This document shows, in pieces, positions 24,585 through 36,890 of a stretch of 64,000 bases of DNA (its first letter is position 1; each line of letters starts with the position of its first letter). A program made the translations under genes and the position numbers. Source of the DNA: Lepidodermella squamata (Eukaryota > Animalia > Gastrotricha); NCBI GenBank assembly GCA_047495785.1, contig JBLDXI010000012.1, positions 930,001 through 994,000 of the forward strand, read 5' to 3'. The notes below the pieces were generated by a model. The model saw only the letters and a list, made by a program, of their open reading frames with translations, ran no database searches and had not been told where the DNA came from.

Positions 24585-24640
24585 AATATGCAAATGACAC
24601 ATGTCGAAATTGCATTCCGATGCTTTTTCGGTATTTAAGG
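24585..24640 (+). promoter_or_regulatory. U6 external promoter: AATATGCAAATGA at -77..-65 and TATTTAAG near -30
   Basis: The element occurs at the same distance in all four U6 loci, including the one with unrelated flanks at 62117-62129. Confidence 0.65.
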
Positions 24641-24661
24641 TGGGTCAGTTGTCGTCTGAAT

Positions 24662-24678
24662 GTCAATCTTCGGATTGG

Positions 24679-24717
<39 letters not shown>

Positions 24718-24768
24718 GGCCCCTGCGCAAGGATGACACGCAAAATCGTGAAGCGTTCCATATTTTTT
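24662..24768 (+). ncRNA. U6: U6 spliceosomal snRNA, copy 1
   Basis: 5' hairpin GTCAATC-TTCG-GATTGGC, ACAGAGA box, AGC triad, canonical core, oligo-T end. Confidence 0.98.
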
Positions 24769-24872
24769 GAAAATCACCATAAAATGGCCGGCCGACACAA
24801 TAGCTAAACCGAAATGGCGAATCCACAATAGCACGCGACTAAATAGCGAAAATATTGTGATGCCCATAATAG

Positions 24873-25126
24873 AGGTGCGTTTTTTATTAAAACCGTGGTG
24901 CTATTGTTCAGCGCTGTGATCAATGTTTCGGTGAGATTCGCAACAGAGAAAGCACAATCGGCACGTCTATCATGAACTGAACGGCTCGAATTGCAGTCTA
25001 GGCCGGTCAGAAAAGACAAATCCCCGCGCGGATTACGAACATTTGGCCGCCTCTGTTGCGAATCTCACCGAAACATTGATCACAGCGCTGAACAATAGCA
25101 CCACGGTTTTAATAAAAAACGCACCT
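24873..25126. mobile_element. PIF/Harbinger-like MITE with 76-bp perfect TIRs and 3-bp TSD (TAG)
   Basis: TAG-aggtgcg...cgcacct-TAG. The paralogous empty site with a single TAG is at 33753-33755. Confidence 0.88.
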
Positions 25127-26045
25127 TAGCGAGCGACTGTTTAGAAATCCCGGAATAGCGCGCGACATATTAGCGAAATTTTCATTATCACCATAATAGC
25201 GAGTGAGGAAATAGAGAAATTATCCTTTTTCAAAAGTGAACATCAGGTTTTGATTATTTTTCAATTTGCGTTCATTTTTAAAATTTAAGAACGGACGCCT
25301 CAAAATTAAACTGGTAGCACTGGTTTATGGAAATTGCGCCTCTCTCTCGCTGAATGATAACAATGTCCTAAATACCCACAAAGTGAGACTCAATTTTTCG
25401 GTATATAAAATAAGAAAATATTTACCATATGCGGCGCATAAATCAGTGATTGCACCTGTCTGAGATGAGGGGCATAAGCATTTTCCGTGCTTGTTCGCTC
25501 TTGAGATAAACAACTTGTAAGGCGCTCATTATTTGACATCATCTCATCTCCCAATAATAATAAATGTGAAAATACTCGAGGCGTGACGCTATGATCTGAA
25601 GAATAAAATACTGAAAATATCCTATGTTACTCTATGTCTTGTTTCATTTTGTTAATGGTTAATGGCTCATGTGTTCACCTATTTAGCTGGCCGTAGAGGG
25701 CCACTGCTTCACCTTCTCTCTCATTTTTGTAGTCAACTGCAGAACTATCGATCCTGTTTGCTAGTAAATTGATCTTTCAATTTAATATTTCACAAATATA
25801 ATTTTTTCTGAAACTTTTTGGCTGGTGGTTTGGTCTCATTCTTTCGTGTCACAATGAAATCCGATCGCGTGAGCTTACAATCGCACGATCAAGACTGCAC
25901 GACACGTGCCTTAACCATACTGCGAGGCCTATAAAAAGCGATCTGCTGACTAGCTACGATCATCACCTGCTTTTGCAACTTAAAGCTCATAGCAATCTTC
26001 TCGTTTTCATTTTCGTTCGTGTTTTGATCCTCTTCAAACTCTAAA

Positions 26046-27400
26046 ATGGCCTGCTCGTACAACTTCCAACCGACCCTGTCGACCGTCGCTCCCTCGATCG
26101 CCGGCTACTCGAGCCCGATGAACGTCGAGAGCCTGCTCCGCAGCAAGGCCGGCATCTACTCGCCGTCGTCTGTTGAGCGCAGCCTCATCAACGCCGCCGT
26201 CCCGACCCCGTTCGCCGCTGCCGCTGGCATCCACAACGTCAACGCCTTCGCCTCGTCCCCGGTCGCCTACAACACCTTCGTCTCGCCGATCGAGTGCGGA
26301 GCCGAGACCGGCCGCGTCTTCGGTGCCGAGTGCGGTGCCCAGCTGGCCGCCATCGTCGCCGCCCGCCTCAACACCTTCGTCGGCCAGGAGGTGGCCGTCC
26401 GCATCGGCGCCCAGTGGGGAGCCGAGATGTGCGCCAAGCTGGGTGCCGAGCTCGCCGTCAAGCTCGTCAACGGCTGGCCGGTCGAGCAGTGCGCCCGCTG
26501 GTGCTACACCTTCGGAGCCGAGCACGGCGCCGAACTGGGTGCCATCATCGCCCAGCGCCTGGGTGCCATCTACACCGCCGAGTTCGCCGCCCGCATCGGC
26601 GCCGAGCTCTTCGCCGACGTCTGCGCCAAGCAGTGCTACGTCATCGCCGCCCGCGTCGCCGAGTCGCGCTTCGGTGGTGCCTCCAACACCTGGAACGCCG
26701 CCCGCCTCGCCAACAACTGGACCGGCTCGTTCGAGCGCTTCGGTGGCCTCAACTACCCGACCACCTTCGGCCCCTTCGGTGCCAACACCTGGGCCAACGG
26801 CGCCAACACCTGGTCGAACACCCTGTCGGCTGACAACAAGCTGTACAACATCGCCTTCCGCCCGTCCTCCGAGGTCGAGCTCTACACCCTGACCCACCCG
26901 ATCCGCATGATCGACGTCGAGGGCAACCGCCAGCTGTACCTGTGCTTCGAGCTCAAGGGCTTCAAGCCTGAGGAAGTCACCGTCACCCTGAACAAGGCCG
27001 AGCGCGCCGTCGTCGTCGAGGCTGCCCACGAGGCCAAGGACGGCAAGGAGCACACCGTCGCCCGCAAGTACTCGCGCAAGTTCGTCCTGCCCGAGGTGAG
27101 ATTTCTTAGCTCCTCTAACTAATATCCCTAAATTCGTCTCAATTTCAGTCTCTGTCCAAGATCGACCTGACCAAGGTTGAGCTCAAGTCGTGCCTGACCC
27201 AGGAGGGCCACCTCGTCGTCGAGTGCCAGCTGCCGAAGATGACCACCGAGGAGATCGCCAAGTGCCCGACCATGTCCGAGCTGTACAACAAGCTGCCCGC
27301 CTTCGGAGGCTTCAACGCCGCCGTCCAGGCCTTCGGCGGCATCAACGGCGTCAACTGCAACGTCAACCACGTCAAGCCCGTCACCGTCAAGACCGCCTAA
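26046..27400 (+). CDS. sHSP with long Ala/Gly-rich GAE-repeat N-terminal domain, copy 1; exons 26046-27095 and 27149-27400
   Basis: The alpha-crystallin domain is very similar to that of 4732-5679, with the same intron position and PVTVKTA end. TATA at 25930. Confidence 0.9.
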
Positions 27401-27699
27401 GCGAAAGTCGAAACAGAATTGAGAAGATGAGCAATAATGCGCAATGCTAAAGAACTTTTCTTGGGGAAAAATTGTGATAACATTTGATGTGATACTCTTG
27501 TGTGATTCGCAGTTTTTCTCAAGACAGTAAAACAAGAGATTTTGCGTAAATAATGTCTGCTATACTTAATTCCGATAGTTGACTTTCAGTGAGTGCGCAA
27601 AGTTTCTTACAGATCAACACCCGGGTCCAGGTTCGCCTCCACGTCATGGAGCCATTTCTTTGCACAAATCATCAATATTTTTTTATACTGACACAGTTT

Positions 27700-28230
27700 T
27701 TTTTTCAACTGACATATGCCTCGCAAAAATGTTTAACGACTGGCATCAAGCTATCGATAAGGGTTTAATTGCAGCATCGAAAAAGCCTTCGACACGCCAA
27801 GCTCATTATTTCGTTTGATTTATCATTGCTTTGATGCAGAGGCCGGGCCGAATTTCTGAATATTCGTGTTTAATGGCTCAGGCAAAAAATCGGGGTAGTC
27901 CTGCGTCGGTCAACATCTAAGTCACATGTCGTACTCGGACCTCTCATCTTCACAATATCCGTGAACGAAATCGCGGCGATATCCTCTAGTTCAACTATAG
28001 CCGACGACACCACCATCTACTTCGCAGCTAAAACCGACCACGAAATCAATGGGACATCAATAATTTAGTTACCAACTGGCTGAATTCCAAAAGCATCAAA
28101 GTCAATTCGAAAAAATATCGGCTGATGATCCTATCTCTGAGCGAAAAATCGAAATCACCATCGATGGCAACTAAATCGAGGAAACCGAATCAATGCGGCT
28201 CCTTGGCTTTACCTTCGCCAACAAGCTACT
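27700..28230 (+). mobile_element. Degenerate non-LTR (CR1/L2-like) retrotransposon reverse-transcriptase fragment
   Basis: Broken frames read STDICLAKMFNDWHQAIDKG..KAFDT, VLGPLIFTISVNEI..ADDTTIY and WLNSKSIKVNSKK, matching LINE RT motifs in order. Confidence 0.8.
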
Positions 28231-28764
28231 ACACCACGAGGGGATGTCGACTCCGGCGTGTCCGGAATGTTCAGGTGTGTCACCGACGAAGCACGCGACG
28301 TCAACGAGAGATTTTACAGATAGGCTGATGTTCTGTAGTGTTCTTGTAGTAATTGAGAATCGAACAATGTATAAGTATTTCGAGCTTTATCTTTGGGACC
28401 CCATGTCCATTCATAATGTTAGGTATTGGGTATAAAAAGCAAATGACCACGATCATCTAGAAGTTGAATTAGCTTGAGTCGATTTTTCCAAAGTCAACTT
28501 AGACCCTGAATTCTTAAAAACTTGACACCGCCCTAAAACAATGGCCGAAAATTCCAAATGAATTAAAAAGCCGATATCTCGTATCGATTACATAATTGCA
28601 ATTAGCAGACTATCTGTGATCGAAGAATATGCTCCAATTAACTTATTTGTGCGCTTCGATAAAGGACGCCGACAGTATAAAATCTCGCAGTTTATGAGAC
28701 GGCTTCAAGCAACTTTTATTTGCGATTATCAATCCGTTCTTTGAAACCCTATAAAACCATCAAA

Positions 28765-29362
28765 ATGCGTACCGTGTTCGCTCTGTTGGCATTCGTTCTA
28801 TTGGCTCTCGGTAACAACTTTCCCATTTAGATTATTCGCGAAATAAATCACTCAATTCTCTTCAGCCTTCTCTGAGGTCGAAGCTGGCCGCGGAAACAAG
28901 GGCAAAGGTGTCTCGAAGAGCGTCTCGAAGAGCGTCTCCATCAGCGTGTCGTACAACCGGCAGCCGAAGAAGCACGCGATGAAGAAGCGCCCGGCCAAGA
29001 AGGCCTTCGTCGCTGGGCGCAAGCACCGCCGTGCCTCGTTCTCCAAGTCCGTGTCCGCGTCGGTGTCGGCCCGCACGAACAAGCACACCCGCAAGGTCTC
29101 CACCAAGAAGTTCATGCGCGTGCACAAGCGCGGATCCATGTCCGGCTCGTACTCGCGCTCGGGCTCCTTCGGCGGCTACAACAAGAAGGGCGGCAACAAA
29201 CGCCACGGTGGCAAGAAGTTTGGAGGCAAGAAGTTTGGTGGCAAGAAGCACGGTGGCAAGCACGGCAAGGGTCGCAAGGGCAGCAAGAGCGGCAGCTACT
29301 CGGCCTCCAACAACTTCTCGTACTCGGTCGCCGTCGAGACCGGTGCTGCTCCCAGCAAATAA
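28765..29362 (+). CDS. Secreted basic (Ser-X)n protein, copy 2; exons 28765-28810 and 28866-29362
   Basis: TATA at 28676, signal peptide MRTVFALLAFVLLAL, exon 2 nearly identical to the other copies. Confidence 0.88.
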
Positions 29363-29449
29363 TAAAACATTTGAATCAAATTTTGCTCCAAAAATGATAA
29401 TTTATTCCATGATCTGAAGAAAAAAATACAGAAAATTTGCTATTTCCCA

Positions 29450-29860
29450 GTAGTTCCGGTTTTTTAAAGGTTCACGTGTTTCATCATTTAGCATCGCGTA
29501 GTTTCGTTGAATGTTCGGATTCAAATGTTCACTGTTCGGACAGTAAAGAAATATTTGGCGTAGGCATGAAGCATGATACATGGATGCCGTCGGTACCAGC
29601 GGCCGAGTCGCTCGGCCGTGTACAACTTGTACAAAAGCGGAATCCCGTGGCGTACATTGATGGAGCGAGCCGGCGACACGAGGCTGGGGTCGCGTAGATA
29701 GTCGGCCTGCCGACGGTGCCGATAGTGGTAACAGCAACTGGACAAGCTAGTGCACCAAACCACTAGACAGAAAGGTACGGAGATTTCGCTTCAGCCCCAC
29801 TAAAGTCGTTACAGTTTTTTTGCCCGAAATGCCGCTCACCCACAAGCTATATTTCATTTA
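29450..29860 (-). pseudogene. Decayed coding-like remnant of an unidentified gene; other copies at ~39870-40390, ~45910-46775 and ~52050-52560
   Basis: Diverged copies keep a shared frame (HRRxADYLRxPSLVSPAR..NHGVPLLY..CIMxQAY..FTVLG) with different disruptions. A GTGAGC donor-like site is shared by the copies that retain this end. Confidence 0.45.
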
Positions 29861-30267
29861 CTTCTATAAAATTATGTTCGAAGTACTAACCATAGCCCGT
29901 GCCTTGAAAACTTCGTTTGCGTGTGCGCACGCCATTGTGTTGCTGCCAATACTTTTTTCATACTCTTTCTTATACATAAATTGTATGGCCATGAAAAACG
30001 CCGTGTGAATTCATATTAAAATTGTCCGAATATAATTCAGACTCCTTAAAATTGTCCGGATTTGATTTGAAAAACCATCGTATATCGTTTAAGATTGCTA
30101 AAAGTATCAAAAGAGAACTCAGTTTCGTTCTTATCGCTGTCCATAAAACCGCGGCTTAAATTGCCAATTGTCAACCCACAAAAATAAGAAAGGAATTTTA
30201 GCAGTTTGAAGCTCCAGTAGAACCTGTTTTCAAAACGTTTGACGAATTGAAATCTGCAGGCCTCGAT

Positions 30268-32029
30268 ATGTTCTTGTTACTAGCCAGTAGTGTAGTGGTA
30301 TTCATTCTTTTTGGATGGAAACGCTACATTTTAGACCGCAGATATCGCCTACCACCCGGGCCGTTGCCTCTTCCATACATCGGCAGCTTGTACCAGATGG
30401 CTTTGCACGGTGCCAAGTCAAAATTATGGCAAACGATCGCTTCGTTAGGAGAGAAATACGGACCAATCTACACCTTTTATTTCGGCCCAATTCGCATGGT
30501 TGCCTTGAACGATGCCGAGATGATACAGCAAGTCCTTGTCCACCAGGGCAAGACGTTTCAAGGGCGATATGAGCCTTTCATCCCCGGCGCAAAGAAATTC
30601 TTCAAGGGCATAGTCTTTTCGAACAATGACAGATGGCGAAAGCATCGCAGATTCGGCCTCAAAGCTATGCGAGATTTTGGTAATTTACTTATATAACACG
30701 ATTATCCCACCGTGTCTTTTCCCATCCTTAGTCCTTTATTTTTTTCTTTTCAATTCCGATTGCTAATTTTCTTATCATTCGAACTTCTGGTATCAATAGA
30801 AGGGATTTAGGTCCTATTCTCAGTTCCCTTTCCTATTCCCAAGATTATTCCTTTAATCTCAGTTATCAACTCGTTATTGTGACTACAACTTCGACAATTT
30901 ATTTATCCTATAAGGAATGGGTAAGGATATCATGGTTGCGAAAATTCAGGAAGAGGCGAGATTCCTTCTAGAGGACTTCGAGATCGCAGCAAAGGCAGAA
31001 GAGGGGTTGGATCCTGCTATGATCAATGTCTATGCAGTATCGAATGTCATTTGCTCGCTCGTATTCGGAAAGCGGTTCGACAGAGACAACAAAACTTATC
31101 AGAAATTGATATCACTGATTAAAGAATTGACAAGTCAAACTCTGGCTGAGCAAGGCGCATTTCTACTCATTCCTTACCTGGAAGAAATAGCGGATTCGAG
31201 CCAAATCAAGAGCTCGCTTATTTTTATGGCCCTTCTTGAAAGAGTCGTTCGAGAAGCTGTCGAAGAACATCGGCTAGACTACGATCCTGAAAATATCCGC
31301 GATTTTCCGGATCTGTTCATCGAAGCGGAGAAGCAAGGCGAGCCGTTCTCGTACAAAGACTACAGAGAAATCTTAGGCGACATGTTCGTCGCTGGAACTG
31401 ACACGACATCTGTAGCCCTAACTTGGACGCTGTTCTATCTATCGAAATATCCCGAGGTCCAGAGGAAATGCCAGGATGCGATTGATAAAGCGATTGAATC
31501 AGACCGTCTGCCAACTCTGAGCGATCGCGCTAATATGGCCTACGTCGATGCTGTCATGTTCGAAGCGTTGCGATACGCGTCTTTGGTCCCAACGGCTCTT
31601 TATCATACGAATTTGGATGAACCAGCAAAAGTTGCAGGCATGCTATAGAAATGGTTTCCTAGTATCTTTTATTACTTCTCTATTCCATCAGGCTTCGACA
31701 TACCTCCTTATACCATGGTTATGTACAACATAGCTGCAGTTCACCATGACAGAAACTACTGGAAGGATCCGGAAGTGTTTAGACCCGAGCGATTTCTGGA
31801 TTCTAGTGGGAAATTGTTGAGCCATTCCAGCCATTTCTTCCCGTTTGGCCTGGGTCCTCGCATTTGCTTGGGTGAAGGACTTGCTCGAGTTGAGTACTTC
31901 ATCTTCCTGACAGCTGTTCTGCATCGTTACTCGTTCGAACTGATATCGAAGGATGTCGAGGCCTGCGATGGGCCCGATGGTCTCGTTCTTCAGCCTCCAA
32001 AATTCAGGCTGAGAGTCAGCAGTCGCTAA
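30268..32029 (+). CDS. Cytochrome P450, clan 2 (CYP2-like), copy 1; exons 30268-30679, 30915-31637 and 31692-32029
   Basis: N-terminal anchor plus PPGP, WxxxR, AGTDTT, EALR, PERF and heme motif FGLGPRICLG. The second intron starts GC in this copy. Confidence 0.9.
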
Positions 32030-32711
32030 AATTGCAATTGGATTAATTTTTCGTGACTTCGTCGTCTCTGCGAAAAACAATGGTCTTCTACTAAAAACAC
32101 TGATGTCCTGAAATGGCAATAGTTGCCCGGTATCTTAGATTTTAGATTTTAATAGATATTACAAATTTTAATTTAAAAGGTAGATAGAAATGGCCATTCA
32201 TTAACTTGCGCATATATTTTCGCATGATGTGCTTCGCTTTAGTTATTACAAGGCCTAATGAATACTTCGGAAATTGTTGTTCTCTCAATTCCTGCGAAAC
32301 TTTGCATTTTACCCTGAATTGTTTTTCTTCAATTTTTAAAAACAGTAAAATGTTGAGGAGAGCTATTCATTTCCAAAACGTGTTTATACTCGATAGTTTC
32401 TATTACGAAGCGTGAACATTTTTTTGAATTTAGAATAAGTGCCTCGTTTTAATTCTTCCGTGATCGAATATCAATCGCCTTTGCAGCTATAATCACATTT
32501 CACGGCGAATTAGTTGAATAATCAGTTCTCAAAAAGAAACCAATAACCAAACTAATCAATGCAAACTAATCTGTCATTAGGGATCAATAGAATGCGCCTT
32601 GGAAAATGGAATGACCATGTATAAAAGCTTGAACAGATCTCAACTAAAGGCATCATCGACAATCCTCTGAAATTGAAGATTCATCTTTTCCGTCAAATCC
32701 AACATACCAGA

Positions 32712-33293
32712 ATGCGTGCTGTTTTCGCTTTGACTGCTGTCGTTCTCTTGGCCCTAGGTAAATCTTGAAAGCGTTTGCTGGTCCAATAACTCGTCTTTTT
32801 ACTCTCAGCTTTCTCCGAAGCCGAGGCTGGCCGTGGTAACAAGGGTAAAAGCGTCTCGAAGAGCGTCTCCATCAGCGTGTCGTACAACCGGCAGCCGAAG
32901 AAGCACGCGATGAAGAAGCGCCCGGCCAAGAAGGCCTTCGTCGCTGGGCGCAAGCACCGCCGTGCCTCGTTCTCCAAGTCCGTGTCCGCGTCGGTGTCGG
33001 CCCGCACGAACAAGCACACCCGCAAGGTCTCCACCAAGAAGTTCATGCGCGTGCACAAGCGCGGATCCATGTCCGGCTCGTACTCGCGCTCGGGCTCCTT
33101 CGGCGGCTACAACAAGAAGGGCGGCAACAAACGCCACGGTGGCAAGAAGTTTGGAGGCAAGAAGTTTGGCGGCAAGAAGTTCGGCGGCAAGCACGGCAAG
33201 GGTCGCAAGGGCAGCAAGAGCGGCAGCTACTCGGCCTCCAACAACTTCTCGTACTCGGTCGCCGTCGAGACCGGTGCTGCTCCCAGCAAATAA
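32712..33293 (+). CDS. Secreted basic (Ser-X)n protein, copy 3; exons 32712-32757 and 32809-33293
   Basis: TATA at 32620, signal peptide MRAVFALTAVVLLAL, conserved exon 2. Confidence 0.88.
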
Positions 33294-33544
33294 ATGATTT
33301 CAATGAAAAACTGTGCTTCAAAATTGATAATTTATTCCATAAATCTGAAGAATAAAATACAGAAATATCTCTATATTCCAATTTATTCTAATATTGCAAT
33401 TGATTTGGAGGATGAAGGGAGCCTATTTTAGGAAAGAAATTAGCATTATTCAGCTAATTCCATTTTGAATATGCAAATGAGACCGGTCGAAATCACATTC
33501 CGATGTTTTTTCTGTATTTAAGGCTGGTCAGAGGGTGTTGGAAT

Positions 33545-33561
33545 GTCAATCTTCGGATTGG

Positions 33562-33600
<39 letters not shown>

Positions 33601-33651
33601 GGCCCCTGCGCAAGGATGACACGCAAAATCGTGAAGCGTTCCATATTTTTT
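33545..33651 (+). ncRNA. U6: U6 snRNA, copy 2
   Basis: Same sequence as copy 1, with the upstream element at 33468-33480. Confidence 0.98.
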
Positions 33652-34674
33652 GAAAATCACCATAAAATGGCCGGCCGACACAATAGCTAAACCGAAATGG
33701 TGAATCCACAATAGCACGCGACTAAATAGCGAAAATATTGTGATGCCCATAATAGCGAGCGACTGTTTAGAAATCCCGGAATAGCGCGCGACATATTAGC
33801 GAAATTTTCATTATCACCATAATAGCGAGTGAGGAAATAGAGAAATTATCCTTTTTCAAAAGTGAACATCAGGTTTTGATTATTTTTTAATTTGCGTTCA
33901 TTTTTACAATTTAAGAACGGACGCCTCAAAATTAAACTGGTAGCACTGGTTTATGGAAATTGCGCCTCTCTCTCGCTGAATGATAACAATGTCCTAAATA
34001 CCCACAAAGTGAGACTCAATTTTTCGGTATATAAAATAAGAAAATATTTACCATATGCGGCGCATAAATCAGTGATTGCACCTGTCTGAGATGAGGGGCA
34101 TAAGCATTTTCCGCGCTTGTTCGCTCTTGAGATGAACAACTTGTAAAAGGCGCGCATTATTTGACATCATCTCATCTCCCAATAATAATAAATGTGAAAA
34201 TACGCGAGAGGCGCGACGCTATGATCTGAAGAATAAAATACTGAAATATCCTATGTTACTCTATGTCTTGTTTCATTTTGTTAATGGTTAATGGCTCATG
34301 TGTTCACCTATTTAGCTGGCCGTAGAGGGCCACTGCTTCACCTTCTCTCTCATTTTTGTAGTCAACTGCAGAACTATCGATCCTGTTTGCTAGTAAATTG
34401 ATCTTTCAATTTAATATTTCACAAATATAATTTTTTCTGAAACTTTTTGGCTGGTGGTTTGGTCTCATTCTTTCGTGTCACAATGAAATCCGATCGCGTG
34501 AGCTTACAATCGCACGATCAAGACTGCACGACACGTGCCTTAAAAATACTGCGAGGCCTATAAAAAGCGATCTGCTGACTAGCTACGATCATCACCTGCT
34601 TTTGCAACTTAAAGCTCATAGCAATCTTCTCGTTTTCATTTTCGTTCGTGTTTTGATCCTCTTCAAACTCTAAA

Positions 34675-36016
34675 ATGGCCTGCTCGTACAACTTCCAACC
34701 GACCCTGTCGACCGTCGCTCCCTCGATCGCCGGCTACTCGAGCCCGATGAACGTCGAGAGCCTGCTCCGCAGCAAGGCCGGCATCTACTCGCCGTCGTCT
34801 GTTGAGCGCAGCCTCATCAACGCCGCCGTCCCGACCCCGTTCGCCGCTGCCGCTGGCATCCACAACGTCAACGCCTTCGCCTCGTCCCCGGTCGCCTACA
34901 ACACCTTCGTCTCGCCGATCGAGTGCGGAGCCGAGACCGGCCGCGTCTTCGGTGCCGAGTGCGGTGCCCAGCTGGCCGCCATCGTCGCCGCCCGCCTCAA
35001 CACCTTCGTCGGCCAGGAGGTGGCCGTCCGCATCGGCGCCCAGTGGGGAGCCGAGATGTGCGCCAAGCTGGGTGCCGAGCTCGCCGTCAAGCTCGTCAAC
35101 GGCTGGCCGGTCGAGCAGTGCGCCCGCTGGTGCTACACCTTCGGAGCCGAGCACGGCGCCGAACTGGGTGCCATCATCGCCCAGCGCCTGGGTGCCATCT
35201 ACACCGCCGAGTTCGCCGCCCGCATCGGCGCCGAGCTCTTCGCCGACGTCTGCGCCAAGCAGTGCTACGTCATCGCCGCCCGCGTCGCCGAGTCGCGCTT
35301 CGGTGGTGCCTCCAACACCTGGAACGCCGCCCGCCTCGCCAACAACTGGACCGGCTCGTTCGAGCGCTTCGGTGGCCTCAACTACCCGACCACCTTCGGC
35401 CCCTTCGGTGCCAACACCTGGTCGAACACCCTGTCGGCTGACAACAAGCTGTACAACATCGCCTTCCGCCCGTCCTCCGAGGTCGAGCTCTACACCCTGA
35501 CCCACCCGATCCGCATGACCGACGTCGAGGGCAACCGCCAGCTGTACCTGTGCTTCGAGCTCAAGGGCTTCAAGCCTGAGGAAGTCACCGTCACCCTGAA
35601 CAAGGCCGAGCGCGCCGTCGTCGTCGAGGCTGCCCACGAGTCCAAGGACGGCAAGGAGCACACCGTCGCCCGCAAGTACTCGCGCAAGTTCGTCCTGCCC
35701 GAGGTTAGTAAAATTATTGAAATTTCAATCGACTCTGACTTCAAGCTTTCTTCTATCTTTCTAGACCCTTGCCAAGATCGACCTGACCAAGGTTGAGCTC
35801 AAGTCGTGCCTGACCCAGGAGGGCCACCTCGTCGTCGAGTGCCAGCTGCCGAAGATGACCACCGAGGAGATCGCCAAGTGCCCGACCATGTCCGAGCTGT
35901 ACAACAAGCTGCCCGCCTTCGGAGGCTTCAACGCCGCCGTCCAGGCCTTCGGTGGCATCAACGCCGTCAACTGCAACGTCAACCACGTCAAGCCCGTCAC
36001 CGTCAAGACCGCCTAA
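34675..36016 (+). CDS. GAE-repeat sHSP, copy 2; exons 34675-35703 and 35765-36016
   Basis: Near-identical to copy 1 with a 7-aa in-frame deletion and a different intron sequence. TATA at 34559. Confidence 0.9.
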
Positions 36017-36890
36017 ATGAAAGCCAAATCCAAAGAGAAGATGAGCAATAATGCGCAATGCTAAAGAACCTTTCTTGAGAAAAATTGTGATAACATTAGA
36101 CTTGATATTGATATTCCTGTGCGATTTGCGATTTCTCTCAAGACATTAAATCCAGAGATGTTGCGTATTCAAGGTTCCATTGAGTTTTTCTATGACCCAA
36201 TGTGAGAGTTCAGTTTCAGTTATAACGATTATAATAGCGATAGCGGTACCAATGGCTTCCAAACAAGGTCAAAGTTCGCCTCCACGTCATGCAACACTTT
36301 TTGCACCGAACGTCGATAATTTTTCCTATTCAATCGTAAGCAACAAGTATGCAAATATTCCTGATCGCTTAATTTCGCCCGAGTCCAAAAGGGGGTTGCT
36401 GGATTTTTTAGAAAAAATTAAGATCATACTTCTTGGGATCAATTTTATATTTAGATTTGCCCCAACGTCAGCCTCATCTGACGACCAATTCGCGAGGCGT
36501 GGTGACTGGCCCTGAGCGCGAGCTTGGCCACACGAGGTCGGCGACCTTCACCAGATGTACGTTCCGGTCTGGTGGCTCTTTGATTAGTGCCACTTCCGGA
36601 GGGGTCAGTCGCTTTCAGAGCGGCTTTTTTAAGAATAAGAATAATCAAAGAGTGTTTCGTCAATTTGAGCATTATGTATATTTTACAGATAGGCTGATGT
36701 TCCCTAGTTCTTGTAGTAATTGAAAATCGAACACCGTAGAAGTATTTCGAACTTTCTCTTTGCCCTGATTTTATCACGTACATTTTATCCGTTAACGAGA
36801 AAAACCGGGCGAATTTGTTTAGCAGTTGGAAAATAGAAGTTGAAACTGGCACAATCTGATTTTGTTGTCTGATGATGGTATTTCACTTAA

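Noticed and set aside
24635-24867. Small ORFs overlapping U6 and tRNA genes (also 33518, 58025, 60504, 62181)
   Set aside because: They are chance frames across RNA genes.
25680-25790. Possible Sm-class or spliced-leader RNA between U6 and the sHSP (ATTTTTG motif)
   Set aside because: There is no convincing donor site, stem-loops or upstream snRNA element. The conservation is explained by recent duplication.
26034-27053. Long antisense and alternate-frame ORFs over the sHSP and basic-protein genes (also 4720, 23912, 34663, 47422 and others)
   Set aside because: These are the expected by-product of extreme C/G third-position bias, which removes stops from other frames. They have no independent gene signals.
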